Made by a program: the position numbers and the translations under genes. The notes beneath the pieces are model-generated. The model saw nothing but the letters and a program-made list of their open reading frames with translations. It was not told the DNA's origin and made no database searches. From Candidatus Jorgensenbacteria bacterium (lineage in GTDB: Bacteria; Patescibacteriota; Minisyncoccia; UBA6257; GWB1-50-10), in contig JACRFG010000034.1 of NCBI GenBank assembly GCA_016234345.1, positions 1-34,424 of the forward strand: a stretch of DNA of 34,424 bases, written 5' to 3'. Shown one piece after another: positions 7,362-17,148 of this stretch; position 1 is the stretch's first letter; each line of letters begins with the position of its first letter.

Positions 7362-9858
7362 GGTTTAAAATATTTAGCTCAAATTGATTGCCATTAAATG
7401 ATAGCTGAAGGGTGTTGCCACGGCTAACTTCGCGCCGCAGAATTTTTTCGGCCAGTGCGCTTTTAACTTTTTCCGAAATAACCTGGCGGAGAGGACGGGC
7501 GCCAAAAACAGGACTATACCCAAGTTCAGTTATCTTCTGAATGGCATTATCATCAACTTTAAGCTCGATTCCTTGAGATTCCTGTAAAATATCAACAACT
7601 TCTTTAATAAGCATAATTGTAATCTTATTGATCTCTTTCACGGTTAAATTACGGAAAACCATTACGTCTGAAAAACGATTAATAAGCTCCGGTTTAAAAT
7701 AATCAGTTAATTTTTTCTTGAGTTCCTCGGCAACCTCTTCGCTAGTCTTACCTTTTTCGATCTCTTCTTTAATAAAATTTGAATGGGCATTCGAAGTAGC
7801 GATTATAATCGTGTTTTCGAAACTCACCGTTCTTCCTAAAGTATCGGTCAGTCTACCGTCGTCGAAAACCTGCAAAAAAAGATTGAGGATGTCGGGATGA
7901 GCTTTTTCGAATTCATCAAGCAAAACCAAACTGTAAGGAGCGTGAAAAACCGCATCGGTTAAAGTTCCTGTTTGTTCACCGCTTGGAGTTCCTAAAAATC
8001 TGGAAATACTATCTTTGTTTTGATACTCAGTCATGTCAAAACGATGCATGAATTCTTTGGAACCAAACTGAGTTTGGGCTAAAATTTTGGCCAATTCGGT
8101 TTTTCCGACACCGGTTGGACCGACAAACAAAAATGCTGCGATTGGCCCTCCCCGACGGCTAAGACCACTTCGATACTCCCTGAGAGCTCGAGACACCGCC
8201 TTAACGGCCGCTTCCTGATTTACCAACCGATCATGAATAATCTTTTCAAGCTGTAGAAGTTTTTCGGCCTCGGCCGCCCCGGCTTTTTGTATAGGAATTT
8301 TGCTTTGGGTTTCGGCTACATCTATAACCATTTCCTCATCAAGCGCTTTGTGGCCCAGCTGATGGGCTTTGGCTAAGGCCTGTTTTAAAAGATCTAAAGC
8401 GCTACCTGGTAAAACCTTGTTTCTAAAATAGCGTTTGGCTATTTTTACTGCGGTGCGTACGGCGCTAAACGTTATGAATACATTAAATTCTCGTTCCAGA
8501 ATCAAACTCGAATATGTTAGGAACCTCAGACATTCTTCTTCGCTTATTTCTTCGACTTTAATCACCTCAAACTGCTCCAAAAAATCTGACCGCGGTTCAA
8601 TGTATTGTTTAAATTCGCGAGAATAAGTTTCGCCGATTACTGGTATAGCTTCGCTTTTCACGATCGGCAAGAGAAGATCAAGAGCGCTTAAGGCTTTGGT
8701 CTGACTGGTTCGAAAAAGATCATGAATGTTGGGTATAAAAAGAACGATGTTGCCGGCCAAAATAATTTCTTGTACAACTTTCTGAATACGTCCGGCCAGA
8801 ACTTCCGGCGGCGCATCAGCAACCAAATCGCCTATTTCTAGCGAAACCAGTCTTTTATCAAAAAGGATTGACGGAACTTGATCCTTAACCATTCTAAAGG
8901 CAAGGTGTGCGATCATGGTCGATTTGCCTATGCCAGCATCACCAACAAGAAGTGCGTTTGGTTTACCCGGTCTAGAAATAATAGAAAGAAGTTGATCAAA
9001 TTCCTTGGTATGACCTATAAGTAATCCGATCTGTTCGGCCCGGGCCATGTCGGTAAGATCCGTACTAAACTGATCAAGCATTGGCGTCGGCCGAGCTGTC
9101 CAAGCCCGGTTCATAACACGATGACGCAAAAAATACGGCCGATGAGCAAAACCGCCCAGTACAGCCGGCATGCGTCGAAGGCCGGCCAAGCGTTTTCGCC
9201 ATCGGCCGAAAATAATTGATTCTCGAAGATCAACTGCCGAAAGTTCAAAAAACTCGAAAAGCTTTACCAAATCGGGGTTTTGAACCGTGGTCAAGGCCAC
9301 GAAAAGATTGCGCGGCTCGATAAAACGCTCGTTAGTGTCGCGAGCAACGTAATAAGCGGTAACCATCAGATCTTTAATTAGTTTACTGCCGTCGCTTGCG
9401 TTCATCTTGGTTATGGCTGATTGTTGCAACGTTTCATCAATTTTCTTCGCAAGGTCGGACGGGGAAACGCCCAACCGACGAAGCGCTTCTTTTATATCTT
9501 CGCGGTCAAGTAGCGCTTTAAGAAAAATAATATAAAAATTCTGCCTGATCATCCGATGCTTACGCATAGTGTAATCAACAATACGATATGCTGCCGGCGT
9601 CACTGCTGCCGCACAATTAATCTTTTCGCCTTTTAACTCGTTCAGGGCGCGTTCGGCCTCACCAATATGAAAAACCCGATCAACAAGAAACAAACCAAAA
9701 AATACGCCCAGCCAAAACAGCTTGGAAATGTCACTGAAAAGCAAAATTATGGTTACAACCGAAAAGAAAATATACCAACAAGTTGTAATAAGCCTTATCG
9801 AAAATTCGCTAACAGCATTAAATTGTAATCTTGGTTCTTTATAATAGTATGTCTGCAT
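7354..9858 (-). CDS. ClpA/B/C-family AAA+ ATPase with N-terminal transmembrane helices
   Basis: Walker A GDAGIGKS and GPTGVGKT, LLDEFEKAHPD, FDDGRLTD, FGARPLR; hydrophobic residues ~20-60. Confidence 0.9.
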   Translation of the reverse strand: MQTYYYKEPRLQFNAVSEFSIRLITTCWYIFFSVVTIILLFSDISKLFWLGVFFGLFLVDRVFHIGEAERALNELKGEKINCAAAVTPAAYRIVDYTMRKHRMIRQNFYIIFLKALLDREDIKEALRRLGVSPSDLAKKIDETLQQSAITKMNASDGSKLIKDLMVTAYYVARDTNERFIEPRNLFVALTTVQNPDLVKLFEFFELSAVDLRESIIFGRWRKRLAGLRRMPAVLGGFAHRPYFLRHRVMNRAWTARPTPMLDQFSTDLTDMARAEQIGLLIGHTKEFDQLLSIISRPGKPNALLVGDAGIGKSTMIAHLAFRMVKDQVPSILFDKRLVSLEIGDLVADAPPEVLAGRIQKVVQEIILAGNIVLFIPNIHDLFRTSQTKALSALDLLLPIVKSEAIPVIGETYSREFKQYIEPRSDFLEQFEVIKVEEISEEECLRFLTYSSLILEREFNVFITFSAVRTAVKIAKRYFRNKVLPGSALDLLKQALAKAHQLGHKALDEEMVIDVAETQSKIPIQKAGAAEAEKLLQLEKIIHDRLVNQEAAVKAVSRALREYRSGLSRRGGPIAAFLFVGPTGVGKTELAKILAQTQFGSKEFMHRFDMTEYQNKDSISRFLGTPSGEQTGTLTDAVFHAPYSLVLLDEFEKAHPDILNLFLQVFDDGRLTDTLGRTVSFENTIIIATSNAHSNFIKEEIEKGKTSEEVAEELKKKLTDYFKPELINRFSDVMVFRNLTVKEINKITIMLIKEVVDILQESQGIELKVDDNAIQKITELGYSPVFGARPLRQVISEKVKSALAEKILRREVSRGNTLQLSFNGNQFELNILNHV

Positions 9859-9880
9859 ACGATAAATAGAAATTAAAATA

Positions 9881-10225
9881 TCACCATATTATTTTTGCGA
9901 TTACAAAAAGAGGAAATAGAACCCAAATAAGATATATGCCGATCGCCAACATAAAAATATTGAAATAAATGAGCGTTCCAATCATAAGCCGAAGAGATCT
10001 GAAAATAAAACCTAAGATGTGACCAAGCACACTGTAGTCCTTATACAAGGGCTGGAAAAGATGTTTTAACGTAATCCGCCAAGCAAGATAATAATCGAAC
10101 TGCTCCAACTGGCTAATCACGAAATGCCAATACATACGCATGCTCTTCACGTACCAATGACGCAAGAACTCAATAATATGGTAAAAAAAATGATAAATAA
10201 TATAACCGATCGCAAAATTACTCAT
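9881..10225 (-). CDS. small hypothetical membrane protein upstream of the Clp ATPase
   Basis: Aromatic/hydrophobic 114 aa (LFQPLYKDY..GHILGFIFR); 22 nt from the Clp gene. Confidence 0.8.
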   Translation of the reverse strand: MSNFAIGYIIYHFFYHIIEFLRHWYVKSMRMYWHFVISQLEQFDYYLAWRITLKHLFQPLYKDYSVLGHILGFIFRSLRLMIGTLIYFNIFMLAIGIYLIWVLFPLFVIAKIIW

Positions 10226-10273
10226 AGAGGGTTTTGTCTTTATTATACCCGATTTTTAAGTCCTTCTCTAAAC

Positions 10274-10305
10274 AAAATCCCGTTGATTCGAAAGAATCAA
10301 CGGGA
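10274..10305 (-). terminator. intrinsic terminator
   Basis: 12-bp stem TCCCGTTGATTC/GAATCAACGGGA, with TTTT after it on the minus strand. Confidence 0.8.
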
Positions 10306-10333
10306 CGATAAACTGACGCCCGGCTTTTAACCG

Positions 10334-10786
10334 TCAGAACTTAGAAAACAGGAGCATGCCGGCGAGAAAAAGACATACGATCACAATAATTAAGGCTGTT
10401 GTGACGACCACAAACCCATCCTTCTCAAGCTGAACAACAATCTCGTGTGTTTTTGATTTAACCACGATCTTGCCGATCACTTGCCTAAACGAAGCAACGT
10501 TTGGTTTCGACGCGTAGTATACATCTCCTTCTTCGGTATAACCGAAAAAATTAAGATCTCCACCTTCGACCAATGCCTGAATTTCTTCAAAAGGGGTTTT
10601 TGTAAAATCGTGTAGCCGTGAATGCGCTGCTTGAACATCCGATGAATAATCCTCAATTACCGAGATCTTCTCTGCTTTGGGAAGCGCCATCGAAAAAATC
10701 TCTTTATGGTTTTCAGTGACAGTTTTGTACGCACCCGATAAACCCATAGCAAAAACTGCTATAGCAGACATTATACGTAGAAACAT
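10334..10786 (-). CDS. hypothetical membrane protein (N-terminal signal/TM, C-terminal TM)
   Basis: SD TAAGGAG; own promoter and terminator. Confidence 0.7.
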   Translation of the reverse strand: MFLRIMSAIAVFAMGLSGAYKTVTENHKEIFSMALPKAEKISVIEDYSSDVQAAHSRLHDFTKTPFEEIQALVEGGDLNFFGYTEEGDVYYASKPNVASFRQVIGKIVVKSKTHEIVVQLEKDGFVVVTTALIIVIVCLFLAGMLLFSKF

Positions 10787-10836
10787 TCGTTATCTCCTTA
10801 AGATTGTTATTAAATAATACAAATGGACTAAAAATA

Positions 10837-10865
10837 AGCATAGCATATATTATGCTTTATGTCAA
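10837..10865 (-). promoter_or_regulatory. sigma70 promoter
   Basis: TTGACA-17-TATGCT with TG extension; palindrome AGCATA-tat-TATGCT (10842-10856) lies in the spacer. Confidence 0.7.
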
Positions 10866-10900
10866 TAGATAAGATTATGCTTGTTTAGAAAACTCAACTC

Positions 10901-12181
10901 CTAAAACAATCCTTTTTGGGCAGCCAATTCATCACGTTCAGATTCATTAAAAATCTTTATTTTGCCATATTCGCCGTCATAACCCGGCTCAATATGGATC
11001 TTTCTCTCTCGTATACGAATAACGCCTTCAGCCACGGCCGGAGCAAGCCCGGCGCGAAGATCCGATTCGGTTGCATCCATAAGAATAGCGAACTCGGAAC
11101 CAAAACGTTCGACGGCTTCCTCATACGCTTGCCATACCGCTTTCGATTGCTTACCAACGCCGAGCGCCTCTCCGATAACTTCATCAAACGGCACAAAACT
11201 CCAATATGGTTTGCCTGAAGCCGACTTGAATCCTTCAGGACGTTTAGGATCGGCCAAGGCATCGATTCTCGCCATAACCCCTACCGTAACCTTCCTGCCA
11301 CATACACTGCATATACCTTTATTTTTTTTGGTTTCTTCGGGCTTCCACGAAACTTTGCAATCACGATGACCGTCATAATGATATTTACCTTCTTCAGGAA
11401 AAAATTCTACAGTACCGACAAAACGCTTATCTCGGGTTTTAATCGCTTCCATAATTCCGGTATAAGAAATTTCCGAATCAAATATGGTCGCCTCTCTGCC
11501 AATCCGCGGCAACGAATGAGAATCTGAACTGGAAATAATAGCTTTATTATCCAAAAACGGAATTCGCCAGTTCATGGGCGGATCGGAAGAAAGGCCTGTT
11601 TCTATAGCGAATACATGCGGCTCAAGCTCTTCAAAACATTCTTTAAGGGAATCGAATCCTGACGCGGAACCGAAAACTCCAAAATGAGGGGTCCAAACAT
11701 GAGCCGGAACGAGAACGCACTCCGGCGAAGCATCAAGAAGTATCTTTAAGAGGACTTTTGAATCAATGCCTATGATCGGCCGACCATCAGATGCAATGTT
11801 GCCTATTAAACTAAGCTGCACATTAACCCTTTCAGCGACTTCGATTGATGGGGCATAAACAAGATTATGAACTCGCCGCACTCTTCCACCTTTCGAGTAA
11901 ATACAACTGATCTCACCGGAGAGAAGAAATCGAGTGTTCAACGCATTGTGTTTATGAGCATCTCCGGATAAATACTCTTTTTTCAAACGAAAAAGTCCGA
12001 GCTCGGCTGGTTCCAGTTTTTCTTTAATTTCTTTCATCCAGCGGGGGTGGCTAAAATCACCCGTACCCAAAACAGTGATTCCTTTTTTAGCTGCCCAAAG
12101 AGCAAGATTTTCCAAAACCATTTGAGGACTTACGGCCCGGGCATATTTGGAATGAATCTCCAAGTCGGCGACAAAACGCAT
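10901..12181 (-). CDS. endonuclease Q family (PHP + Zn-finger) protein
   Basis: ADLEIHSKYA, GTGDFSHP, PAHVWTP, ETGLSSDP, SDSHS, GKYHYDGHRDC..CSVCG, PGYDGEYG. Confidence 0.9.
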   Translation of the reverse strand: MRFVADLEIHSKYARAVSPQMVLENLALWAAKKGITVLGTGDFSHPRWMKEIKEKLEPAELGLFRLKKEYLSGDAHKHNALNTRFLLSGEISCIYSKGGRVRRVHNLVYAPSIEVAERVNVQLSLIGNIASDGRPIIGIDSKVLLKILLDASPECVLVPAHVWTPHFGVFGSASGFDSLKECFEELEPHVFAIETGLSSDPPMNWRIPFLDNKAIISSSDSHSLPRIGREATIFDSEISYTGIMEAIKTRDKRFVGTVEFFPEEGKYHYDGHRDCKVSWKPEETKKNKGICSVCGRKVTVGVMARIDALADPKRPEGFKSASGKPYWSFVPFDEVIGEALGVGKQSKAVWQAYEEAVERFGSEFAILMDATESDLRAGLAPAVAEGVIRIRERKIHIEPGYDGEYGKIKIFNESERDELAAQKGLF

Positions 12182-12295
12182 AAATTTAATAGTAACACCA
12201 GGGACAAACGCTGCAACAAACTTAAAAATTTAGTATGGTCTTAAATAAACCCCAATCAAACACAAACTAACCATTATTGATATAACGACTTGTTT

Positions 12296-13213
12296 TTAAA
12301 AATACCTGATTTCTTCTTCGAGTTGGATCTTGAATTTTTTGTAGACTTTTAATTTTAAAATTCTGGCCAGCCTTTTTACGTCTTTCGCGGTTGCGCCGCC
12401 CTGATTAATGAATAAATTTCCGTGAAAATCAGCGATTTTAATCCTACCAACCTTCATGCCTTTTGCACCGACTTGTTCTAATAAATAACCGGCTGGAATC
12501 TTACCGTCGATAATTTTTTCTTTAGGAATCATTCGAAGCGAACGCTTAGAAATATTCTTTACGAGAACGTTTTTAAAAAAACTCCCCGGGCATCGAAGTC
12601 CTGGCTTGTATTTTTTAAGACGGAGTTTGATAATCGTGCGCGAAATTCCACGAAGTTTTTTGGTGTTGCCTCTGTGAAACCTCAATACGGCCCGGAGCAC
12701 AAGAAATGGTTTGTATTTCAAAATGCTATCGCGGTACGCAAAACGACATTTATTTTTAGCAATCCATGCACACCTCGCTCCATCCCAAATCTCAACCTTT
12801 TCTACAACTTCAGCGATCGAATGTCCGTAAGCGCCAGCGTTTCCAACGATTGCTCCACCAATAGTTCCAGGAATCCCTGAAAGTGTTTCTAAACCACTCA
12901 ACTTTTTCGAAATTGATTTGCTTATAACATCGCGAAGCGGAGTTCCTGCATGCACGAGCAATCGACGACGAGGCAAAACCTGTATATTTACTCCATTATA
13001 CTGAACCAATAATCCTCGAAATCCTTCATCAGGAAACACAATGTTACTACCGCCGGCAAAAACCCTATACATCAGTCCCCGCTCCAGAGCCCACAAAACA
13101 ACCCACAAAAGATCTTCAGGTGTCTTAACTATACAAAAATATTCGGCTCGGCCTCCGATTTTAAATGTGCTGAATTTTGCTAAATTAACGTTTCTTTTTA
13201 TAACCATATTCAA
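12296..13213 (-). CDS. murB: UDP-N-acetylenolpyruvoylglucosamine reductase
   Basis: STFKIGGRA, GGSN, GIPGTIGGA..NAGAYG, YRDS, GSFFKN, HGN.FIN, LEEE. Confidence 0.95.
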   Translation of the reverse strand: MNMVIKRNVNLAKFSTFKIGGRAEYFCIVKTPEDLLWVVLWALERGLMYRVFAGGSNIVFPDEGFRGLLVQYNGVNIQVLPRRRLLVHAGTPLRDVISKSISKKLSGLETLSGIPGTIGGAIVGNAGAYGHSIAEVVEKVEIWDGARCAWIAKNKCRFAYRDSILKYKPFLVLRAVLRFHRGNTKKLRGISRTIIKLRLKKYKPGLRCPGSFFKNVLVKNISKRSLRMIPKEKIIDGKIPAGYLLEQVGAKGMKVGRIKIADFHGNLFINQGGATAKDVKRLARILKLKVYKKFKIQLEEEIRYF

Positions 13214-13674
13214 CTTATACGAACTCCGGAATCAGACTGCATAAAACTTAAAGCTGTGCTAACTGCCGGAGATAAAAAATCGGGAAGATCTTGAATCGGA
13301 AACCAGCAAGCCTCTCCAACTTCATTCCCGTCTATGCAAAAAATTCTTGAAGCCACTCTAGCATAAAAACAGAAGACTTGATCGCGTTTGTATTCGCAAG
13401 TATTCCAATACTGACCCAAGGATTTTACCGCATCAAGTTTTATACCAACTTCCTCCTCGACTTCACGCACTATACCGCACTCAGGCGATTCCATCTTTTT
13501 TACGCCGCCGCCAGGCAAAGTCCAGTGCATTCTTCCATACGTATTTCGTATAAGCAGGACCTCATCGCCATACTGAAGCAAACACTTAACTCCTTTTGTA
13601 TGCGGACGGAACGCAAACCAATACGCCTTACGAATCGGCCACGCAATTCTATAAAACATCTTTATAATAATCAT
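13210..13674 (-). CDS. NUDIX hydrolase
   Basis: WTLPGGGVKKMESPECGIVREVEEEVGI Nudix box; start may be 13659. Confidence 0.85.
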   Translation of the reverse strand: MIIIKMFYRIAWPIRKAYWFAFRPHTKGVKCLLQYGDEVLLIRNTYGRMHWTLPGGGVKKMESPECGIVREVEEEVGIKLDAVKSLGQYWNTCEYKRDQVFCFYARVASRIFCIDGNEVGEACWFPIQDLPDFLSPAVSTALSFMQSDSGVRIS

Positions 13675-13706
13675 GATCGCAAAAAGATTTAGGTATAACC
13701 GGAATG

Positions 13707-13778
13707 TACCCCCACGAGGAATTGAACCTCGATCTCAGGCTTCGGAGGCCTGCGCTCTATCCGTTGAGCTATGAGGGC
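13707..13778 (-). tRNA. tRNA-Arg(CCG), CCA not encoded
   Basis: GCCCTCATAGCTCAACGGATAGAGCG-CAGGC-CTCCGAA-GCCTG-AGATC-GAGGTTCAATTCCTC-GTGGGGGTA cloverleaf. Confidence 0.95.
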
Positions 13779-13800
13779 TTACAAAAACCATAGTCTCACC

Positions 13801-15108
13801 TCAATTCGATTTAAGATGCTGATTTTTATACCCCATTAGTATTCCTAAAACAACCCAAAACATCAATCTGCCAGACTGCAAATCCCACGTAAAATGATCG
13901 AAAAGACCGAATACGAGAAGACCTATAAACATTATTGAAATGAAATCAAAGCTTCTCTTGATCAAAAGCCACCCAACCAACAACAAAAATGCTGCGAGAC
14001 CCAAAAAACCAATTTCTGAACCAATCAGCAAATAGATGTTATGAATCGGCTGCCAACTCCAGAACCACGTAAGGCCGTGTGATTTATAAATTCCTTCTTC
14101 TACTCCACTAACAAGCTGATTGCCAACGCCTACGCCAAAAGGGTGTTTTTGCATAAGCTCCCAGCCAATTTTGTTGTACTCCCACCTATGAGCAACCGAG
14201 AATTCATGCGAAGTAAAATGAGCTCGTGGAAATATTGCCCAATTTAAAGTGGAAAATAATAAACCTAAAATAAAAACCAGAACCAGAAAAAGGATTGCCG
14301 TTTGATTGCGTAGTTGTTTATTCAAAAAGCCGTAACACAAGGTCGCAACTGTGGCGATTCCAGCCACTATCCAACCCGAGCGAGAAAATGTAAATACAAG
14401 GCCAAGCCAAAGCATGAATATCGATAATACGATAAAAAGTTTATAAACCTTCTTCAAATCATTCGTTCTAAAATAAAGGCAATAAAAACTGACGAGGCCC
14501 ACGACTAAAAATGCGGCTAGAATATTCGCATGAGCCATGGTGCCATAAGCACGCAGAAGTTCAGCGCCTTCAACAGTTGCACGCGCCACCCCAACCGACG
14601 TCTCGGTAATGAACGATTCGCCTAATAATTTAAGGCCAACGCTCCGCTGGAATAAAAACTGAAGGAAGGCGGCAATAGCCTGAAATACGGCCGATGCTCC
14701 AAGAGCTGTCAAAATTCGCTCTATAGATGTGTAACCACTCTTTAAAGCTGCGGCCACGGCTAATGCCGCGAGAATCACGAAAACGAGACGTAAAGAAGCA
14801 TAGAGAGCGAGCGGTACGTTTAAGGCCTGAGAAATAGAAATCAATGATAACCCCACAAACACAGCTGTCATCCACCATTGTTTACATAACTCCGATAAAA
14901 CTTTGCGCAAAAACAAAAAAACCAGCACCACAAAAACAAAACCTATAATATCGGTTCCGTAGAGAAAAACCGATGAATACTCACCAACCGCATTATTCGT
15001 AAACGGGAATGGCAAAAAAAATAAAAACTTCTTGGTGCCAAACGGTATGGCAAATATAAACAGCAAACAAATCCAATTTATTAATTTCTTTCTAAAATTG
15101 CTGTTCAT
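13801..15108 (-). CDS. O-antigen ligase / Wzy_C family membrane protein
   Basis: RAYGTMAHANILA, TFSRSGW, HPFGVGVGN, PIHNIYL, GLFDH. Confidence 0.85.
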   Translation of the reverse strand: MNSNFRKKLINWICLLFIFAIPFGTKKFLFFLPFPFTNNAVGEYSSVFLYGTDIIGFVFVVLVFLFLRKVLSELCKQWWMTAVFVGLSLISISQALNVPLALYASLRLVFVILAALAVAAALKSGYTSIERILTALGASAVFQAIAAFLQFLFQRSVGLKLLGESFITETSVGVARATVEGAELLRAYGTMAHANILAAFLVVGLVSFYCLYFRTNDLKKVYKLFIVLSIFMLWLGLVFTFSRSGWIVAGIATVATLCYGFLNKQLRNQTAILFLVLVFILGLLFSTLNWAIFPRAHFTSHEFSVAHRWEYNKIGWELMQKHPFGVGVGNQLVSGVEEGIYKSHGLTWFWSWQPIHNIYLLIGSEIGFLGLAAFLLLVGWLLIKRSFDFISIMFIGLLVFGLFDHFTWDLQSGRLMFWVVLGILMGYKNQHLKSN

Positions 15109-16214
15109 GAAAATATATTAATAATTTCATACGTTATGGCAGCAAAAAATATAAGATAAAGCGGCCAGACAACCCAACGCCAGCTATTCTCGGGGAATGC
15201 CTTGCGCCACATAGTTACAATGAATAATCCTTCAAGCGCCAGAAAAACGCTCCCCGTAAAACTCACCGCAGACAGAAAATCTTGAAAACCAAGAGAATAC
15301 AAAAACAACGGTATTCCGACAACAACGAGGCCAGCTACTGTTTTGGAAACCTTCATGTCAAAACGTAAAATATCTTTTACGTTTATACCGATCATGAAAT
15401 ACGAAGTCCAAAGGGTAACCAAACCCATTATCCCCAAAAGAGAAAAAATGGTCGGCGGAAGATAACCAAGACTATCTAACGCTTCGGGAGAAACTTGAGG
15501 ATTTAACTTAATAATACCGATCACGAAAAGCGTATACACAATAGCCGGTATTACTGTTCCCCAAACAATTGCTTTGCGCAAAGAAAAGTTTTTGCCGGAT
15601 AAACGGTGTTCTTCAACCATTTTGGAAACGGCCGGCCGGCCGGAAAGAGAGAATAGAAGCGGGCCGAACGGCAAGAAAAATGCCGAGAGCGGCATATTAC
15701 CTAGATTAACCGTGGTCGACGGAAATGGTTTGTCGACCGCTGCAATCAAAACCAAACCGATGATAAATAAAATCGCGACCGTGCCGGCTATTTCAGTTAT
15801 TCCAAGCCACGATAGCCTGACAAACATAAAAACCGACCCAAGAATCCAAAAAATCAAAAGAGCTGTTTTACCACCCACACCAAAAGCTATTTCAAAAAAC
15901 GTCGGAGCAAGAATCAAATAAACAACGAGTACAAGAAGCAGTTCACCAAGAACCGCAAATGTCGCTACACGCGCTGTTAATTTGGATAGATATGTTTTGG
16001 CAAGATAGAAAAATTGATGCTCGCCTTCAAATTTTTCCGAGAGATCTCCGTACATTATATGAATCACCGAATATACGGCGGTAAAAATAGACATATAAAC
16101 CAGACTCGGAATCAGTCCTATTTGATTAAAAACATATGGTAAAGAAAAAATGCCCGCGCCAATAATGGTACCCGCGAGCAATCCTGTCGCTAGGATAAAG
16201 CTTTTACCCTTCAT
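15105..16214 (-). CDS. aromatic amino acid permease family (HAAAP/APC) transporter
   Basis: GTIIGAGIFSLPY; about 11 TM segments. Confidence 0.85.
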   Translation of the reverse strand: MKGKSFILATGLLAGTIIGAGIFSLPYVFNQIGLIPSLVYMSIFTAVYSVIHIMYGDLSEKFEGEHQFFYLAKTYLSKLTARVATFAVLGELLLVLVVYLILAPTFFEIAFGVGGKTALLIFWILGSVFMFVRLSWLGITEIAGTVAILFIIGLVLIAAVDKPFPSTTVNLGNMPLSAFFLPFGPLLFSLSGRPAVSKMVEEHRLSGKNFSLRKAIVWGTVIPAIVYTLFVIGIIKLNPQVSPEALDSLGYLPPTIFSLLGIMGLVTLWTSYFMIGINVKDILRFDMKVSKTVAGLVVVGIPLFLYSLGFQDFLSAVSFTGSVFLALEGLFIVTMWRKAFPENSWRWVVWPLYLIFFAAITYEIINIFS

Positions 16215-16238
16215 AAAGACTTGATTTGTCCCTTTGAT

Positions 16239-16499
16239 TTATTCGGCGTCGTAAATCTCATCGCCTTCGCGAACCTTATCACCGACTTTTATGCCTACCT
16301 CTTGGCCCTTTTTAGCTGACGAAATATCCTTATGGTCATACTGCATTGATTTTATAGTTTCTTCAAAATCGGTTGTTGCTCCCTTGAAGCGGACCTCCGC
16401 ACCGACAGCAACGGCTTTCTTAAACTTAACAATGGCAACGCCGATAGCGCTGTAATAGTGGGTAACTTCACCAATGGGTTTTGGTTCTTTTGAAGCCAT
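16239..16499 (-). CDS. translation elongation factor-like beta-barrel protein (86 aa)
   Basis: IGEVTHYY..IGVA, GATTDF, SMQ, AKKGQEVGIKV..KVREGD. Confidence 0.8.
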   Translation of the reverse strand: MASKEPKPIGEVTHYYSAIGVAIVKFKKAVAVGAEVRFKGATTDFEETIKSMQYDHKDISSAKKGQEVGIKVGDKVREGDEIYDAE

Positions 16500-16508
16500 A
16501 CGCGTTTA

Positions 16509-17132
16509 TTAAATAATTCGACCTTTTACACCGTTTTTTTCTTCTTCTGATTCGATCATATCGAGAAGTTTATCCAAAAGTTCCGACGGATTTTTAGAAA
16601 AAACGACTTTGCCCGGTCCGCGATGCACGTTTTCCAATAAATTCGACACAAGATCGGCCGTACCGCCGGTTCCTTCAAGAATACCAACCGGTTTTTGATC
16701 TTCAAAACCTATGGTAAATTCGTTCAATGTTCCCATTCTGCCGCAAATAACAATTATGGCATCGGAAGATCTCGTAAGAATCAAATTACGGCCAGTGTAC
16801 TCGAATCCCGTATAAACTATTACATCATGGTAATCGAGCGGTAAATGATACGTACGCACATGCTGTGCTTTGGAAGAAGCTGGCGAAAAACCAATCACAA
16901 TACCACTTTCTTCTTTAACTCCTTTGGCTGCCCAATAAGGAATACCGGTGGTGGCTCCGGTTACAAGAACCAATCCTCTCCGCGCGATTTCTCGGCCAAG
17001 CTCTTCGGCTTTCTCAAGCGCATCTTTGGCACAATGACCGGTTTCAGCCGCGCCGGATACGCAGATTTTATACTTTAATTTATGGCTATGATTTGAGTGA
17101 TACTGAGGCGGAATGGTCTTTTTAGGCGGCAT
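16509..17132 (-). CDS. LOG/SLOG family Rossmann-fold nucleotide-binding protein
   Basis: LVTGATTG, GRNLIL, GRMGTLNEF, GTGGTAD; start MPPKK. Confidence 0.85.
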   Translation of the reverse strand: MPPKKTIPPQYHSNHSHKLKYKICVSGAAETGHCAKDALEKAEELGREIARRGLVLVTGATTGIPYWAAKGVKEESGIVIGFSPASSKAQHVRTYHLPLDYHDVIVYTGFEYTGRNLILTRSSDAIIVICGRMGTLNEFTIGFEDQKPVGILEGTGGTADLVSNLLENVHRGPGKVVFSKNPSELLDKLLDMIESEEEKNGVKGRII

Positions 17133-17148
17133 ACGTATGATCAATCTA

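Noticed and set aside
13210-13778. tRNA-Arg as an integration site for an island
   Set aside because: No integrase and no duplicated tRNA 3' end seen; flanking genes are ordinary.
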